This document shows, in pieces, positions 19,805 through 32,378 of a stretch of DNA of 64,000 nucleotides. The first letter of the stretch is position 1; each line of letters begins with the position of its first letter. The DNA lies in the NCBI RefSeq assembly GCF_000142905.1, contig NW_013657679.1, positions 634,114 through 698,113 of the forward strand, in the 5' to 3' direction. The translations under genes and the position numbers were made by a program. The notes under the pieces are model-generated. The model was not told the DNA's origin. It searched no databases and saw nothing but the letters and a program-made list of their open reading frames with translations. This stretch comes from Thecamonas trahens ATCC 50062 (lineage: Eukaryota > Protista > Apusomonadida).

Positions 19805-21402
19805 TTACTCACCGTCTGCAGCGTTTGCCGACTGCTTGGCCTTGTTCTTCTTGGCGATCCGCGCAAGCCGCTTCCGCTCCCGCTTGGCGGCAATGGCAGC
19901 GAGGGCGTTGTCGACAAAGCCCAGGTTGGCGCGAAGGAGCTCGATCTCGCCAAGAATGAGGCGAGCAATGTCCTTGAACCGCGCCTCCTCCAGAAAGGCG
20001 TCTGGCGCGTCGAGGGCGCGGTTCGGCTTGGTGGCGAGAAGGTCGGCGACGAGGGCACGGATCGAGGTGTACGCCGCCTCGTCGTTGACAATCGAGACCG
20101 AGCCGCCCTCAAACAGCTTGGCCCGGCGAGTCATGTCGTCCTTCGAGTCGATGCAGCCGAGGCGAACAAAGGCAACCATGTTCGGGTCGAGCATCTGCGC
20201 ATTGAGGTAGAACTTGCAGACCGGCGCAATATTGAGCTGGCGGAGAACAAGCGGGTGGAGCCTGGCGATGGGGTCGGCGGGGTCGGCCGGCTCGCGCCCG
20301 GGAAGGGCGGCAATGTCGAGCGTCACCTCATACGTGTCCCAGTGGTTGGCGTAGTGCGGGACAAAGCCCGAGTGGATGAGCAGGGCAGAGTTTGGCCGCG
20401 GGCCGTAGAAGATGGTGATCGGCTCGCCGGGTGCAAAGTCGCGCGGCGCCGTGGCCTCGAGGCCAGACGAGGCCATGTTGTAAAAGGTGGTGATGGCCGA
20501 GTCCGGCGACGCCCGTCGTGGTTGCACATGTCCCACACCGGGACAAGCGCAAGCTGCGTCTTCGTGTCCTTGTCGACCTGCGCGTCGACCAAGTTGCGGG
20601 TGAGGCCGCTGGACGCCTTAGGCACGGCGTTCTGCCGAGTCGCCACCACGCCGAGCGCCCATGCAAAGTTGGCCCACGAGAACCGCCGGTGCGCAATCGA
20701 GAACGACGAGACCTTGTCCTGGAGGTACAGATACTGCCGGACCGCGGTCTTGAGGACGGCGTACGCCTCGCCAAGCGCGGGCGATCCGCCGGCCGCCAGC
20801 GCGCCAAACTCGCGGGTGCCCCAGTAGAGCGGCGTGTTAAATGACGCCGGGAGCGCCGCAATGTACGGTGCAAACTTGGAGGACTTACCATCCGTCGCCT
20901 CTTGCATGACGTGGAGCGCGAGGAGGAGCGAGGGGAAGGCCGAGATGACCTTGTCGTCCTTGGCAAACGGGCCGAGGTGCGGACAGGCCAGCGCCGTCTC
21001 CTCCGACATCATCAGCTTGGAGTGGACAAACACGATCTGCTCACCTGCAGCAATGGGCTTGTTGGCGACTAGCCCGTTGCCGGCCTCGCCATCGCCCACA
21101 GCGACGCCGAACCTCAGCTTGGCCTCCTCGCCGCCATCGAGCTCGACCACAAACTTGCTCACCAGCCAGTCTGTGAGCTGAGCAAAGGCATCATCATCGG
21201 GATCTTCGCCGCGAAGCAGCGGCACATTCTCCTGAGTCTTCTTCAGCTCCGCTACCAGCCGAGCCAGAGCCACAGCTTCACCCTCCGTCGTCGTCTCCTT
21301 GATAATCTCCTCCCCATTGTCGTCGTACACCGGAGCTGCCGTCTTGACTCCCACCGCGAGCTCGAGCTTCTCCAGAAGCGTCTCCATGCTGCTCGCCGCC
21401 AT
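19805..21402 (-). CDS. SETD3: SETD3-like SET domain + Rubisco-LSMT substrate-binding domain methyltransferase; single-base frameshift near 20513
   Basis: ORF 21402-20323 ends its homologous part at VATRQN...LALVPVWDMCNHDG and continues in the -1 frame as ASPDSAITTFYN...APRDFAPGEPITIFYGPRPNSALLIHSGFV. Confidence 0.85.
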
Positions 21403-21719
21403 CTCTCACCCTTTCTTCTTCTTGCCTTTCCTTCTTCCCTACAGAGTCGGGTCTACTTTGTGCTCCCCCTCTCACCGCCTTGGCCTTCCACCTCTCCCTC
21501 TCCCCCCGGAGCTCGCCACTCACTCGAATCGGGCTGTGTTTTGGCGCTGACTTGAGCCATCTGTCCGACTCTGGCTTCTGAAGCACGGATTTTTGCACGC
21601 GCGTATCATGGGGGGAGAGGGGGGGGGGGTACACATTATGGCTGACCGAGTCATTGTCATCGTCATACTAGACGGGCTGGTATGCTTGTAGAATTGGATT
21701 ATTACGCATGGTAGTGCGT

Positions 21720-21845
21720 ACGATGATGATGATGGTGGTGATGATCGTGATGATCGTGATGATGGTCATGGGCTGTCCATGACCGGGTGATGGAGGTAGC
21801 AGCCGTATCGATGATGATGATGATGTAGTAGCGATGATGATCATC
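21720..21845. repeat. Degenerate (GAT)n microsatellite
   Basis: Runs of GATGATGAT and GATCGTGAT next to an assembly gap. Confidence 0.85.
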
Positions 21846-21905
21846 ACCCCCACCTCTACTGCGGCTGTCACCAGCACGTGGGGAGCCAAGTACCTTCATT
21901 TTCGC

Positions 21906-22328
21906 NNNNNNNNNNNNNNNNNNNNNNNNNNNNNNNNNNNNNNNNNNNNNNNNNNNNNNNNNNNNNNNNNNNNNNNNNNNNNNNNNNNNNNNNNNNNNNN
22001 NNNNNNNNNNNNNNNNNNNNNNNNNNNNNNNNNNNNNNNNNNNNNNNNNNNNNNNNNNNNNNNNNNNNNNNNNNNNNNNNNNNNNNNNNNNNNNNNNNNN
22101 NNNNNNNNNNNNNNNNNNNNNNNNNNNNNNNNNNNNNNNNNNNNNNNNNNNNNNNNNNNNNNNNNNNNNNNNNNNNNNNNNNNNNNNNNNNNNNNNNNNN
22201 NNNNNNNNNNNNNNNNNNNNNNNNNNNNNNNNNNNNNNNNNNNNNNNNNNNNNNNNNNNNNNNNNNNNNNNNNNNNNNNNNNNNNNNNNNNNNNNNNNNN
22301 NNNNNNNNNNNNNNNNNNNNNNNNNNNN
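21906..22328. other. Assembly gap
   Basis: N run. Confidence 1.
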
Positions 22329-22401
22329 GGGCAAAACTTTCCACTCCTCACCTCACTCCCCCCCCCCCCCCCCTTCCCCGCTCCCCTGTCGCTCTTCACA
22401 C

Positions 22402-23547
22402 ATGGCTGTGTTCTCGAAAGCGGCCTTTGGCTGCTGCTACGTGGTGGCCGTCCTCGTCGTCTTCTCGCTGCTCTTCTTCCCGCTGGCCTGGTTCTGGCCA
22501 CAGTGGAATCTAGATCATGAAGGGCATGACGATTGTGTGGTTTCTGAACCAATTATTGATGACTACACTCTTCAGTTCAAAGTCACCCTCACCGTCGATG
22601 GCATCACGTACTACAACGTTACTGCAGGTTGGGATCTCGAAGACCGGCCCATGGGCGCATGGTCGTGCAGGTCCGTCTCGGACAATCTTGGCGAAAAGTT
22701 CCAGAAGCACATGCAAGTCGGCGATCGGTTGACGTGTTGGACCAAAAAGGGCGCCATCAAGGCTGGGACCACACAGGCGTCGGACATCCGGGTTCTTGTC
22801 TGGCCCGAGCTCGTCCGCAACTGTTGGATCCGCTACGCCATGGCGTCCTGGGTCGTCTCGTCGGTCATGATTCTTGGCGGCCTGCTGCTCCTCACCATCA
22901 AGCTCTGCGAGATTTCCGACCGCCCGGCATCCGACGCGTACCAAGACCTAACCCAGTGCTGCGTCGTCTTTGGCCGCTCGCAGATGCTCATCTGGATTGC
23001 TATTGCTTTTGCCATCTTTCTCGGCTGCTACTTTGGAGTCGTCTTTCCACGCATTGCCGACAAGGCCACGTGCCGGGTCAATGACAAGGGCCGCCGTATC
23101 GAGTGTTTCATGTGCTGGAATGCCAAGGACGGCCACCGTGGCCCCCAGGCGACCATCAACTGGTGCTCAAAGACCTCGATGTGCAAGGCCTCGCTCCTCG
23201 GTGACGGCTCGCTCTACCGCGCCTGGGTCGCCGTCGACTACGCCATCGAAGGCAAGCTCTACTCGGCCATTGCCGACTGGGACGTCCGCGGCTCGCTCGA
23301 GTCGCTCAAATCAAAGCTCTTCGCCAAGGGCAAGAAGGAGAAGGTTGAGCCGTTCCTCAACGGCATTACTGTCGGCTCGGAGATCGACTGCTGGGTCACC
23401 CGCTACTCGAACCGCGTCTACCTTCGCGACCCGTCCAAGCAAGGCTCATATGTTGCCGCCCTTGTCTGCGGCATCATTTTCTTTATCGTCGCCATGGGCA
23501 TTGCCATGTGCTTCTGCCTTGGCGACCACATGTACCCTTGGCTGTGA
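22402..23547 (+). CDS. Four-TM protein built from two tandem TM-ectodomain-TM modules
   Basis: Clean 381-aa ORF with coding-type codon bias; internal duplication VTLTVDGITY..AGWD...QVGDRLTCW versus VDYAIEGKLY..ADWD...TVGSEIDCW. Confidence 0.8.
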   Translation: MAVFSKAAFGCCYVVAVLVVFSLLFFPLAWFWPQWNLDHEGHDDCVVSEPIIDDYTLQFKVTLTVDGITYYNVTAGWDLEDRPMGAWSCRSVSDNLGEKFQKHMQVGDRLTCWTKKGAIKAGTTQASDIRVLVWPELVRNCWIRYAMASWVVSSVMILGGLLLLTIKLCEISDRPASDAYQDLTQCCVVFGRSQMLIWIAIAFAIFLGCYFGVVFPRIADKATCRVNDKGRRIECFMCWNAKDGHRGPQATINWCSKTSMCKASLLGDGSLYRAWVAVDYAIEGKLYSAIADWDVRGSLESLKSKLFAKGKKEKVEPFLNGITVGSEIDCWVTRYSNRVYLRDPSKQGSYVAALVCGIIFFIVAMGIAMCFCLGDHMYPWL

Positions 23548-23593
23548 CACTCAACTGCGCGCCTCAATTGAACACCACACCACGCCCATCCCA

Positions 23594-26500
23594 TCAATGG
23601 CCAAAGTCGAGCATGACCACGCCGTGGTCCCGGTCCGAGTAGAGCCAGACGATGGCGACGTGCGGCGAGAGGTCATCGAGCAAGGAGTACATCTTGTCGA
23701 GGAGGACACGGTACTTGCCGTGCCGCCGGCGAAGCTCAACCCGGGCCGTCGCCACGTTGGCTCGGCTTGTGTTTGTCGCTGCGTCGTAGAGGACCGAGCC
23801 CGGAATCTTGGGCATCGCCACCAGGACCATGGCCTCGGGCTCGATCGTCGCGCCGAGCAGAGCCAGCCGCTTGGCCAGCACGCCGCGCGCCCGGCCGATC
23901 ATCTCGGCCTCACTGGACCCGCCCGGGCCGGCGCTCTTGGTCACCGCGTGGGCAGCAACGGCGTCGACATCAACGCTGGCCGGTCGAGCGGACTTGGGCG
24001 ACGGCACCGGCTCGCGCGACGGCGGTGGCGCGGCATGTGCCGGCGGCGGCGCAGCGTGCATCGCCTCGAGAGCAGCAAGGCTAGGGTTGAGCACGCCGGC
24101 AGCCGCGCACTGCGCCATGGCGTCGGTCCGCACCCGCCGGATGATGGTGGCGGCGACGACAGGATCGGGCGCAATCGGCGCCTCCTTGAGAATGGCCACG
24201 TCAACCAGTCGGAGCGAGACGCTGCGATCGCGGAGGCCGGCCTTGGACTCGGGCGGCTTGTCGACAAGGAGCAAGTACGGCACCAGGTTGGCCTTGGCCT
24301 CTTCGGCGGCGTGCGCAATCGAGACCGCCTCGTCGTATGCAAGCGTGGCCGCCACTCCGTTGTGCCGCAGCTGGTCGGCAACCCATAGCCGGAGGCGGGT
24401 GAGGTGGGCGCGAAGCCGCGACGAGCGCTTGTTGCCCTCTGGCGGCGCAAGGGTCACGACCATGGCATCGGCGGTGACCGCGAGCACGTCCTTGCCAAGC
24501 ACTGCGGCTCTTGCGCGCAGCACCTCGGCACGCGGGCCAGAAACATCAGCGGCGGCTAGGCCGGAGCCGGTTCCGGCGGCGTCGGCCACCACCATCGAGG
24601 TTGAGCGGGCGAGCTTGTTGCGGCGCTTCTTCCGTCGCCGGCGCATGCTCTGATCCATCGAGGCCATGGTTCCGAGGTCGGCGTTGACCGAGGTCGACGA
24701 CACAATGCGCCGCGAGGCACCGCCGGCCTGGTCCGACACCACCCGCCGCTGCCGCATGGTAACCAGCGCACCGACGTCGGCCATCGACTCGTGGAGCTGC
24801 TCGTACACGACACTCGCCAGCTTTTGGACGTACACGACCGAGCCGAGGGCGACGGCCGAGACTGGCGCAAGCTCCTCCGAGTACGCCACCAAGTTGACGA
24901 GGCGAGTGTACTCGCCGCCACGGGCAAGGACGGCCCAGCGCGGCGGCTCGTGCTTGGTCGCGCCAGGCACCGACTTGGCGAGCGCGTACATGATGCCCGA
25001 GTGGGCCTGGTAGCCCGCCAAACAAGTGAGGTCCAGAAGGATCGGCAGCTCCCAGCCCATGTACGACGCGTGATCGTGGACCATGCGGAGGCAGGCAAAG
25101 ACCGGCGCGAGCGCGGGCACCAGCTCCACGAGCGGGTGCAGCTGCGAGAGCATGAGCGCGAGCGGGCCGCGGAGACCCTGGCCCAGCATCGAGTCGAGCT
25201 GGCTAAGTGCAGCAGGCGTCAGCTTGGGCATCACGTCCGGCAAGAGCGTGCGAAGCAGCGGCCAGCCGCCGGCGCCGTGCTCGCTAAATGCAGTCGCGAG
25301 CGGCGAGAGCATCGACGCCGGCACACCAGCGAGCGAGGCAATCGACTCAAAGAGCGCCACGTGGTTGACATACAGCGCGTAGCCTTCGAGGTGTGGCGAA
25401 AAGGCGGAGACCATCTCGTCGAAAACACCGAGAAGCTCAACAAGCGCGCCGACAATCGGCGGGCGGTCGGCCGGCATGGCGCGCATCGACTTGAACGAGG
25501 CCGAGAGGTGCGGCGTGGTGCCGGGCATGCCGCCGACAAACTGAGGGCCGAGAGGGTATGCTGCGGGCTGCCACGGGTCGGCTTCCTCTTCGGCCGCGCT
25601 CCGCTCTGGGACTGGAACAACAATGTCAAAGGTGTAGCCGAGCTCAAAGCCGGCGGCGGTGGTGGCCGAGACGTGGCGCGGCGGTGGCGGTTTGTCGTCG
25701 ACAGCCTGCGAGCTTGCCGCGGAGCCGCTTGCGGCCGGCGCGTCGGGCGCGGCCGACTTGGTAGGCGGCGCCGAGTACATTTGCCCGACGCCGTGGCGGC
25801 GAAAGTCGGTGACACGGTGGCGGGCAATAAAGCGGGCAAAGGGTGTGGTGAGTGAGGCCGGGAGATGGAGGATCTGGCCAGTCGAGTCGATGAACCGGTG
25901 CTTGGCGGCGTGGTCGAGGTCCGACGCGAGCAGCTCAAAGCCGAGCTGGGCGTAGAGGACCGGGACTTCGACGCGGACCATGCCGTGCGACGAGCCGAGC
26001 GAAGCGAGGACGTCGACAATGCGGGTGAGAAGCGTCGAGTGGAAGCGGCGCTTGGCGGCGTGATGGAGGCCCGACTTGGACGACGAGACCGAAGGCGGGT
26101 TGGTGACGCGGTCATGGGCGGCAAAGACAAAGAGTGACTCGAGAAGGGCACGGCGGTACTTGGACTGCTCCTTGGCGGCGATGACGTCGATGACTTGTGA
26201 GACAAGCATGTCTTCTTCACGAATGGGCATGTGCTCGGAGCGGAGGACCTGGGCGGCGGTGGGGCGGGCGGCGGCGTCGGCCTGGGTGAGGGCGAGGACG
26301 AGTGCGGCAACCGAGGGCCACTCGTCGGCAAAGGCTTGCGGGAGCTGGTGGGCCTCGCGGAGGCGTGAGATGGTGATGACCCGATCTGTGCCCGAGGTGA
26401 AGGGCAGGAAGAGCTCGAGGAGGATGATGCCGAGTGCGTACATGTCCACGGCTTCGGTGTAGGTGGCCGACGTTGCCGACGTAACTTCTGGTGCGCGGTA

Positions 26501-29500
26501 GATGGGCGTACCGATGCCGCGGGTCATGTTGTCGTCGGCGCCGCTCAGCTCGAGTTCGTGGATCATCATGTCCGGGTCGGGCAAGAGTGTGCCGAGTTCG
26601 CCGAGCTCGTCAGCCTCGTGGACTGGGGCGAGTGTAGTGCCCGAGGTGCTGGCAAGCGGCGGGGCGGCTGGGGCGGGCGTGGGCACGTTGTCGGTGGCGA
26701 GACCAAAGTCGCCGAGCTTGACCACCGAGTTCATGTCGAGGAACACGTTGTCGGGCTTGAGGTCACGGTGGATGATGCCCATCTCGTGGAGGTAGGCAAG
26801 ACCCTCGGTGATCTGGCGGAGGAGCTTCCACTTTTCGTCGGTAGTGAGGATGGCCTCGTCGATGAGGGTCCTCAGCGTGCGGTGCGAGCAGTACTCCATC
26901 TGGATAAAGAGGCACTGTCGCTGGCGAGCGGCGGGGACGCCAAAGGCGAGGCCGGCACGGTTGGTCTCCAGGACGGTCTCGTTGAGATTGTCGTCATCGT
27001 TGTTGTCGTCGTCATCGCGGGCACCTCCTCCAAACTGAATGAGGTCGCTCGGCAGGTTGGCCGCAGGCTCACCGTCGTCGTCCGAGTAGTACTCGTACTC
27101 GTCGTCGGCCGAGATGTGACCGTGGACGCCTCCTCCAAAGACAACAGCGTCTTGGTCAGCGTCATCGTCCGAGTAATCGTCCGAGTACTCGGAGCCCGAG
27201 GCGAGCGAGCCGGCGGCGGCCGAGAGGGTGGTGTCAAAGGAGAAGCGGGCGATGTTGTCCATCGAGGCCGAGGGCGTGATGGGGTTGGCGAGCGGCGAAA
27301 AGGCAAAGTCAAACGGCTTTGAAGCATCAGGCTCTGCGCCGGGAAAGGCGAGCAGGCCGCGAGCCGAGTCAAGGGCGTCAGCCGGGTCTGCCGGCGAGTC
27401 GGAGGTGTCGTCGTCCGAGTACGACGGGTCGGCGTAGTCCGAGTACCCGGGCTCGATGTCGGCCTCGTCGACGTACTCGATCCAGGCCTGAAAGTAGCGG
27501 ACGACGTACTGGTGGTTGAGCTTTGAGAGGGTGATGACCTCGCGGCGGATCTTGGAGTCTGTAACCGAGTCAAAGCCGTCGAGAACAACCTTTTTGACGG
27601 CGTAAAGGCGGCCGTCGAGCCGGTTGCGGACTTTCCAGACCGAGCCAAAGCCGCCCTTGCCGAGCATGCCGATTTCCTCAAAGTCGGCGGCATAGCGCGA
27701 GTAGCCGCTCGCACCCGCCGTCAGCGGCAAGGTGCCTCCGGGCGAGCCGATCGGGTGCGGCGTCGTGTTGGAGAGGAGCGATGAGTCTCCTGGCGACTGG
27801 GAGGGGAAGAAGGCGCGCATGGTGGGCGAGAGGCCGGTGCCCGAGTCAAAGCCAAGTGACGAGGCGTTGGACGAGACGCGGAGGTGGCCGCCAGGCGGGG
27901 TGGCGGCCGGCGACTCGAGGTCTGCCAGCCACGGATGAGCGAGTAGCGACTCGATCGAGGTGGCGGAGACGAGGCGAGTTGCCGACTTTCGGCGGGCGGG
28001 TGCAAGGGTGCCGACCGAGAAGCAGGCCTCGAGAAATGAGACCGCGAGCGGCGAGGCGCCCGGCGGCGAGGGCGGAACCTGCTTGCGGGCGGCAGACTGC
28101 GGCGGGGCTGGCACACCGGAGAGGAGCTCGGAAACAAGAATGCCGAGCGCCCAGACGTCGCGGGCGAGTGCGGCGGCGGCGGCGTCGATGCGGCGGGAGA
28201 GGGCTGATGAGCCCGGCCCGGCCCGCGACGACGACCGCGACGAGCGGTCGAGGCTTGCGGCGTCGTCAGACGAGGTGAGCATGTCGAGCATGGGCTGGAG
28301 GCCGTAGCCCCAGAGCTTGATGCGACCGTTGGTATTAACGACAGTGGCGGCGGAGAGGAGGCCATGCGAGAAACCGGCGGCCGAGAGAGCGGCAAGGGCG
28401 TCGAGGATTTGGGCGACAAGCGGGCGGACAACGAGCTCAGAAAACGCGTGTCCGGTAAACGCCGAGAGGGCGACCGAGACCTCAAAGTCGGCCATGGCCA
28501 GCGTGGCAGTGTGTGCGCTCGTGTCAAGGAAAGCGTCACGCCAAGGCACAAGCGCCGGGTGGGTGATGAGCGACGGCATGGCAGACAGTTCCTTGACGCG
28601 GAGGGTGAGCGAGGAGGCGAGCATGAGGTCGACGACCGGCGAGAGCTGCATGTCGATGAGGACGACAGGCACGCCGGCGTTGGAGGCACCGTGGCTAAGG
28701 GCGGCAAAAAAGTCCGGAATGTGCGGGACGTGGACGCTTTCGGAGCGCGAGTAGACCGGGGCGCGCTTGCGCGGCGAGGCGTGCGGAGTGTTCTCGGTTG
28801 ACGAGATGGGCGACGAGCCGGCCGAACCATGTGGCGAGGCCGACGACGGAGCTCCGCCGGCATCGGGCCCGCCCTGGGAGGGAACCAGGACGCGAAGATT
28901 GATCTTGCGGGCGGCACGCGGGCGGGGGGGCGTGCCGAGGTTCCGACCGCTGTCCAGTTGAGGCCAGACGGGTCGGTAGCTGCGACCGGCTCGTGATGGG
29001 CGGCGCGGAGCGCGGGCGAGGCTGGCGAGCGAAGCATGGGCGAGGCTACAACCGGAACAGGCGAGGCTAGAGGCGACGGACCGTCGTCTGGAGCCGACGA
29101 GGCAAACGGCGGGCGTGACGGCGAAGCGACAGTCTTTGTCCGCTCGAGCATTTCCTCGCGGAGCGAGCGGGCCTCGGTATTGTGCTCGGAGACGTAGTTG
29201 CGGAGCTCAGAGGCGAGATCAAAGATGACAACGTCGCCAGTCGCCAGAGCCTCGTCGATGAGCGGAACGAGAAGGTCGTTCATGATCTTCTCGCAGTCTG
29301 CCTCGTCAGCGCCTTTGAGCGGAACGAGATCGACATGAGGACGTTGCCAGGGATAAGAGCGCGAGTATCGAACAATGAGCTTGAGCGCAGTATGAACACC
29401 GGGAGTGTTCTCTGGATCAGAACCAGGAGGCGCATCCGGAGGCAGAATGGTAATGGCAAAGTGAGCAGGTGAGGTATCGGAGACTCTCTCCAGTTCGTCA

Positions 29501-29600
29501 CCAAAGACCGACTCGAGGACCACCAGCTCGTCCGCTTGCTTGCTCCCTGGAGATGCCGACGCGTCTTCCGGCACAAGTCCCCCCTCAGTGTGGTGGCCAT
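23594..29600 (-). CDS. GCN2: eIF2-alpha kinase GCN2 (RWD, pseudokinase, kinase, HisRS-like, C-terminal domain); apparent single-base frameshifts near 29580 and near 28925
   Basis: [15 protein letters not shown]...YPWQRP...VVIFDL; kinase [75 protein letters not shown]; HisRS-like [11 protein letters not shown] and LARGGEY. The ATG at 29600 joins the RWD frame if the G6 run is G7. Confidence 0.92.
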
Positions 29601-29848
29601 GGTGATTTTGGGAGGATAGGTGGGGAGGGGTGGTGGGTGGGTGGGTGGGTGGGTGGGTGGTGGTGGTGGTGTGACCTGTGTTTGTCAAGTTGTGGTGACT
29701 GACTTTGACGTGGCGGGGGGGCGCGGGGGGTGAACGGGAGAAAGGGGAGGGGGTGGGGGAAGGGAAGGCAAATCAAGTGCGACGTGGCTGCAGTGGTTGT
29801 GACGGCTGGAGCCTGTAATTGGATATCTATGTATGTATGTAGATCCCG

Positions 29849-29866
29849 GATCGATATCGATCGATA
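29849..29866. promoter_or_regulatory. Overlapping palindromes GATCGATATCGATC / TATCGATCGATA in the divergent GCN2-PRMT5 intergenic region
   Basis: Perfect 14-bp and 12-bp palindromes in an AT-richer patch between head-to-head genes; function is inferred only. Confidence 0.3.
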
Positions 29867-30090
29867 CCTCCTTATCAGGATGGGCCTATGTCATGGCCTG
29901 TGGAGATTGTGTAGATGGCGGGGAAGGGGGTGGGTGCCCAAGGCATGCATGACATCATCGTTCCAGTGTCTCGTCATCTCCGATGAGAGTCGGGACTCGG
30001 AGTCCGAGTCTGGACGGAGCCGACGCGGTGGCAGTGACAGTGTGGCAAGTGGCCGGCCCACGACTTGTCTGCCGACCAATCAAGGAGACC

Positions 30091-32224
30091 ATGAGCGATA
30101 GTCAGGACGCAGGACGGAGTGTGACTCTCGGTACGCAGGGCCTGCCATGTATTCCCCGCCTCATCAATGGCATGCCATATGATTGATGTGGTTGTCAGAA
30201 CTGTTGCGTGGAACGTAGCCATGCCTGGGGCTGAGCCAGCTTGGCTAGAGTCGACGGATGAGAGCGTTGGATCCGCGACGGGAGCAACGGGTGTTGGTGG
30301 TGGTGGCGGGCGGTTAGCGTGGCACGATGTGACTTATGGTGAGGATGTAGGGCTGATGTGTGGCGGGAATGGCAAGGTGGAGGATGCACAGGTTGCGCTG
30401 GATGATGCGATTGAGGCTGGGTACTCGTTTATGGTGACGCAACTTGTGCGGTATCCGCGGGCTGGCGGGAAGGGGAGCGGGGCGAGCTCGTCCCGGAGCT
30501 CGTCGGGCGGAGTGGTGTCTGCGGCGGTTCCGGAGGGCCTCACTCATAGCGACCTGGTGCTCCGTGATCTGCAGAACGCCAACTGCTTTGTGGGCATCAT
30601 CGGCGACTGGCTGGATCTGGCGTACTCGGGCGCGCAAGTCGGCGGAGAGGACGTCAAGCACTCTGCGGCCGAGCTGAAGCGAGAGCTCGAGTGGGCGATC
30701 TACCTCGGGCTTCCCGCGGTGCTGCTGAACTCGCTGCCGGACTCGGCGTCTGCGCTGGCGCACCTGGCGATGCTCACGGTGGACTCGTTCCACACCATCC
30801 AGCTCCAGTTCCGCAATCTGTGGGTGCGGCTCTCTGTCGACTCGAACGAGGACCTTCGCAAGTTTGCGACGTTTCTCACGCTGGCGGCGCCGGTGTCATC
30901 GTTTGTGGGGGTGCTCCTCGAGCTCACACCGGAGCTGCCGGACGCGGGTATGCTCGCGCGGTGGCGCGGCGAGCCTGTTCGCGGCGTCCTCGTGCCGACC
31001 TCGCTGTTTGTCAAGAACAAGGCCGGGTACCCGGTCCTCCTCCGCGCCCATCAGGCGTTTGTCAAGTCGATGATCGAGATCGGGGCCCAGATCATTGTGC
31101 AGACGACCGACGGGACGCCGGCGAGCGAGGCGGCGGCGTACGCCGAGTACGTGGAGCACCTGGCGTCGACGATGGAGCCGTCGCCAGTGGGCGGGTACGA
31201 GGACGAGCTGCAGGCGCCGCTGCAGCCGCTGCAGGACAACCTCGAGTCGACGACGTACGAAACGTTTGAGCGTGACGCACCCAAGTACAAGCTGTACCGC
31301 AAGGCGGTGCGGCGTGCGCTCGCGGACCTCCCGGACAACCTTAGCGTTCCCGGGCAAGAGCCCAAGGCGCCGTACGTGGTGATGGTGCTCGGCGGCGGGC
31401 GCGGGCCGCTGGTTGCGGCGTCACTGGCAGCGGCGGTCGAGGCCGGACGGGCCATCAAGGTGTACTGCGTGGAGAAAAACCCGTCGGCGCTGCTCACGCT
31501 GCAGATGCGGGCCGAGGCTGAGTGGGGCGGCCTCGTCGAGGTCATCGGGTCGGACATGCGGGCGTGGCAGCCGACCGAGCTGGCCGACATCATTGTCTCG
31601 GAGCTGCTCGGCTCGTTTGGCGACAACGAGCTCTCACCCGAGTGTCTCGACGGGGCACAGCGGCTGCTCAAGCCGGGCGGCATTTCGATTCCGGCATCGT
31701 ACACCTCGTACGCGGCACCGATTTCGGCACACAAGCTTCACACCGAGCTGCAGCGGACCACGTCGAGCTCGCCGTCGGTGGAGATCAACATGCAGACGCC
31801 GTACGTGGTCTACTTTTCCAATGTCCATGTCCTCGACGCGCCGCTCCCGGTCTTCACCTTTGACCACCCGAACGCCGACATTGCGGCCGGAGGCATGGCC
31901 GACAACACGCGGTTCACCTCGCTGAGCTTCACACTCCCGCACGATGCCACCATCCACGGCTTTGCCGGCTACTTTGACTGCGTCCTCTACAAGGACGTGG
32001 TCATGTCCATCAACCCAGAGAGCCACACGCCCGACATGTACTCGTGGTTCCCCATCTACTTTCCCATTCTCGAGCCCATCCACGGCAAGGCTGGCGAGCC
32101 GGTCGAGCTCCACATCTGGCGCAAGACCACGACGTCCAAGGTCTGGTACGAGTGGGCCTTTACATCGCCCGTCCCTACTCGGGTCCATAACCCGAAGGGA
32201 ACGTCATCGCACATCGGGCTGTGA
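30091..32224 (+). CDS. PRMT5: Protein arginine methyltransferase 5; exons 30091-30130 and 30351-32224
   Basis: RWRGEPVR, NKAGYPVL, LQAPLQPLQDNLESTTYETFERD, VMVLGGGRGPLV, VEKNP, ADIIVSELLGSFGDNELSPECLDG, MYSWFP, KVWYEW; phase-1 intron GTACGC..TAG joins MSDSQDAGRSVTL-G-LMC. Confidence 0.97.
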
Positions 32225-32378
32225 ATGAATGAGACACCGATCTTTAGCCTGCTCTCTGGGAGGGAGGTGCCCATGGCTCGGGATGAGCCGTCATCGCCTC
32301 GGCTCGGGCAGAAACAGGGCTCTGTGCCACATGGTTAGGCGAGCGCACTTGCACTTGTCTGGACAAGAAAGTAGCGTC

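Noticed and set aside
19805-21402. SETD3, GCN2 and WDR59 as pseudogenes
   Set aside because: Only isolated single-base shifts at G/C runs, with intact motifs and codon bias and no nonsense codons; assembly error is more parsimonious.
21702-21905. His-rich metal-binding peptide (HDHHHDHHDHHHHHHH) on the minus strand
   Set aside because: Explained by a GAT/CAT microsatellite beside a gap; no coding-type codon bias. It cannot be excluded until the gap is closed.
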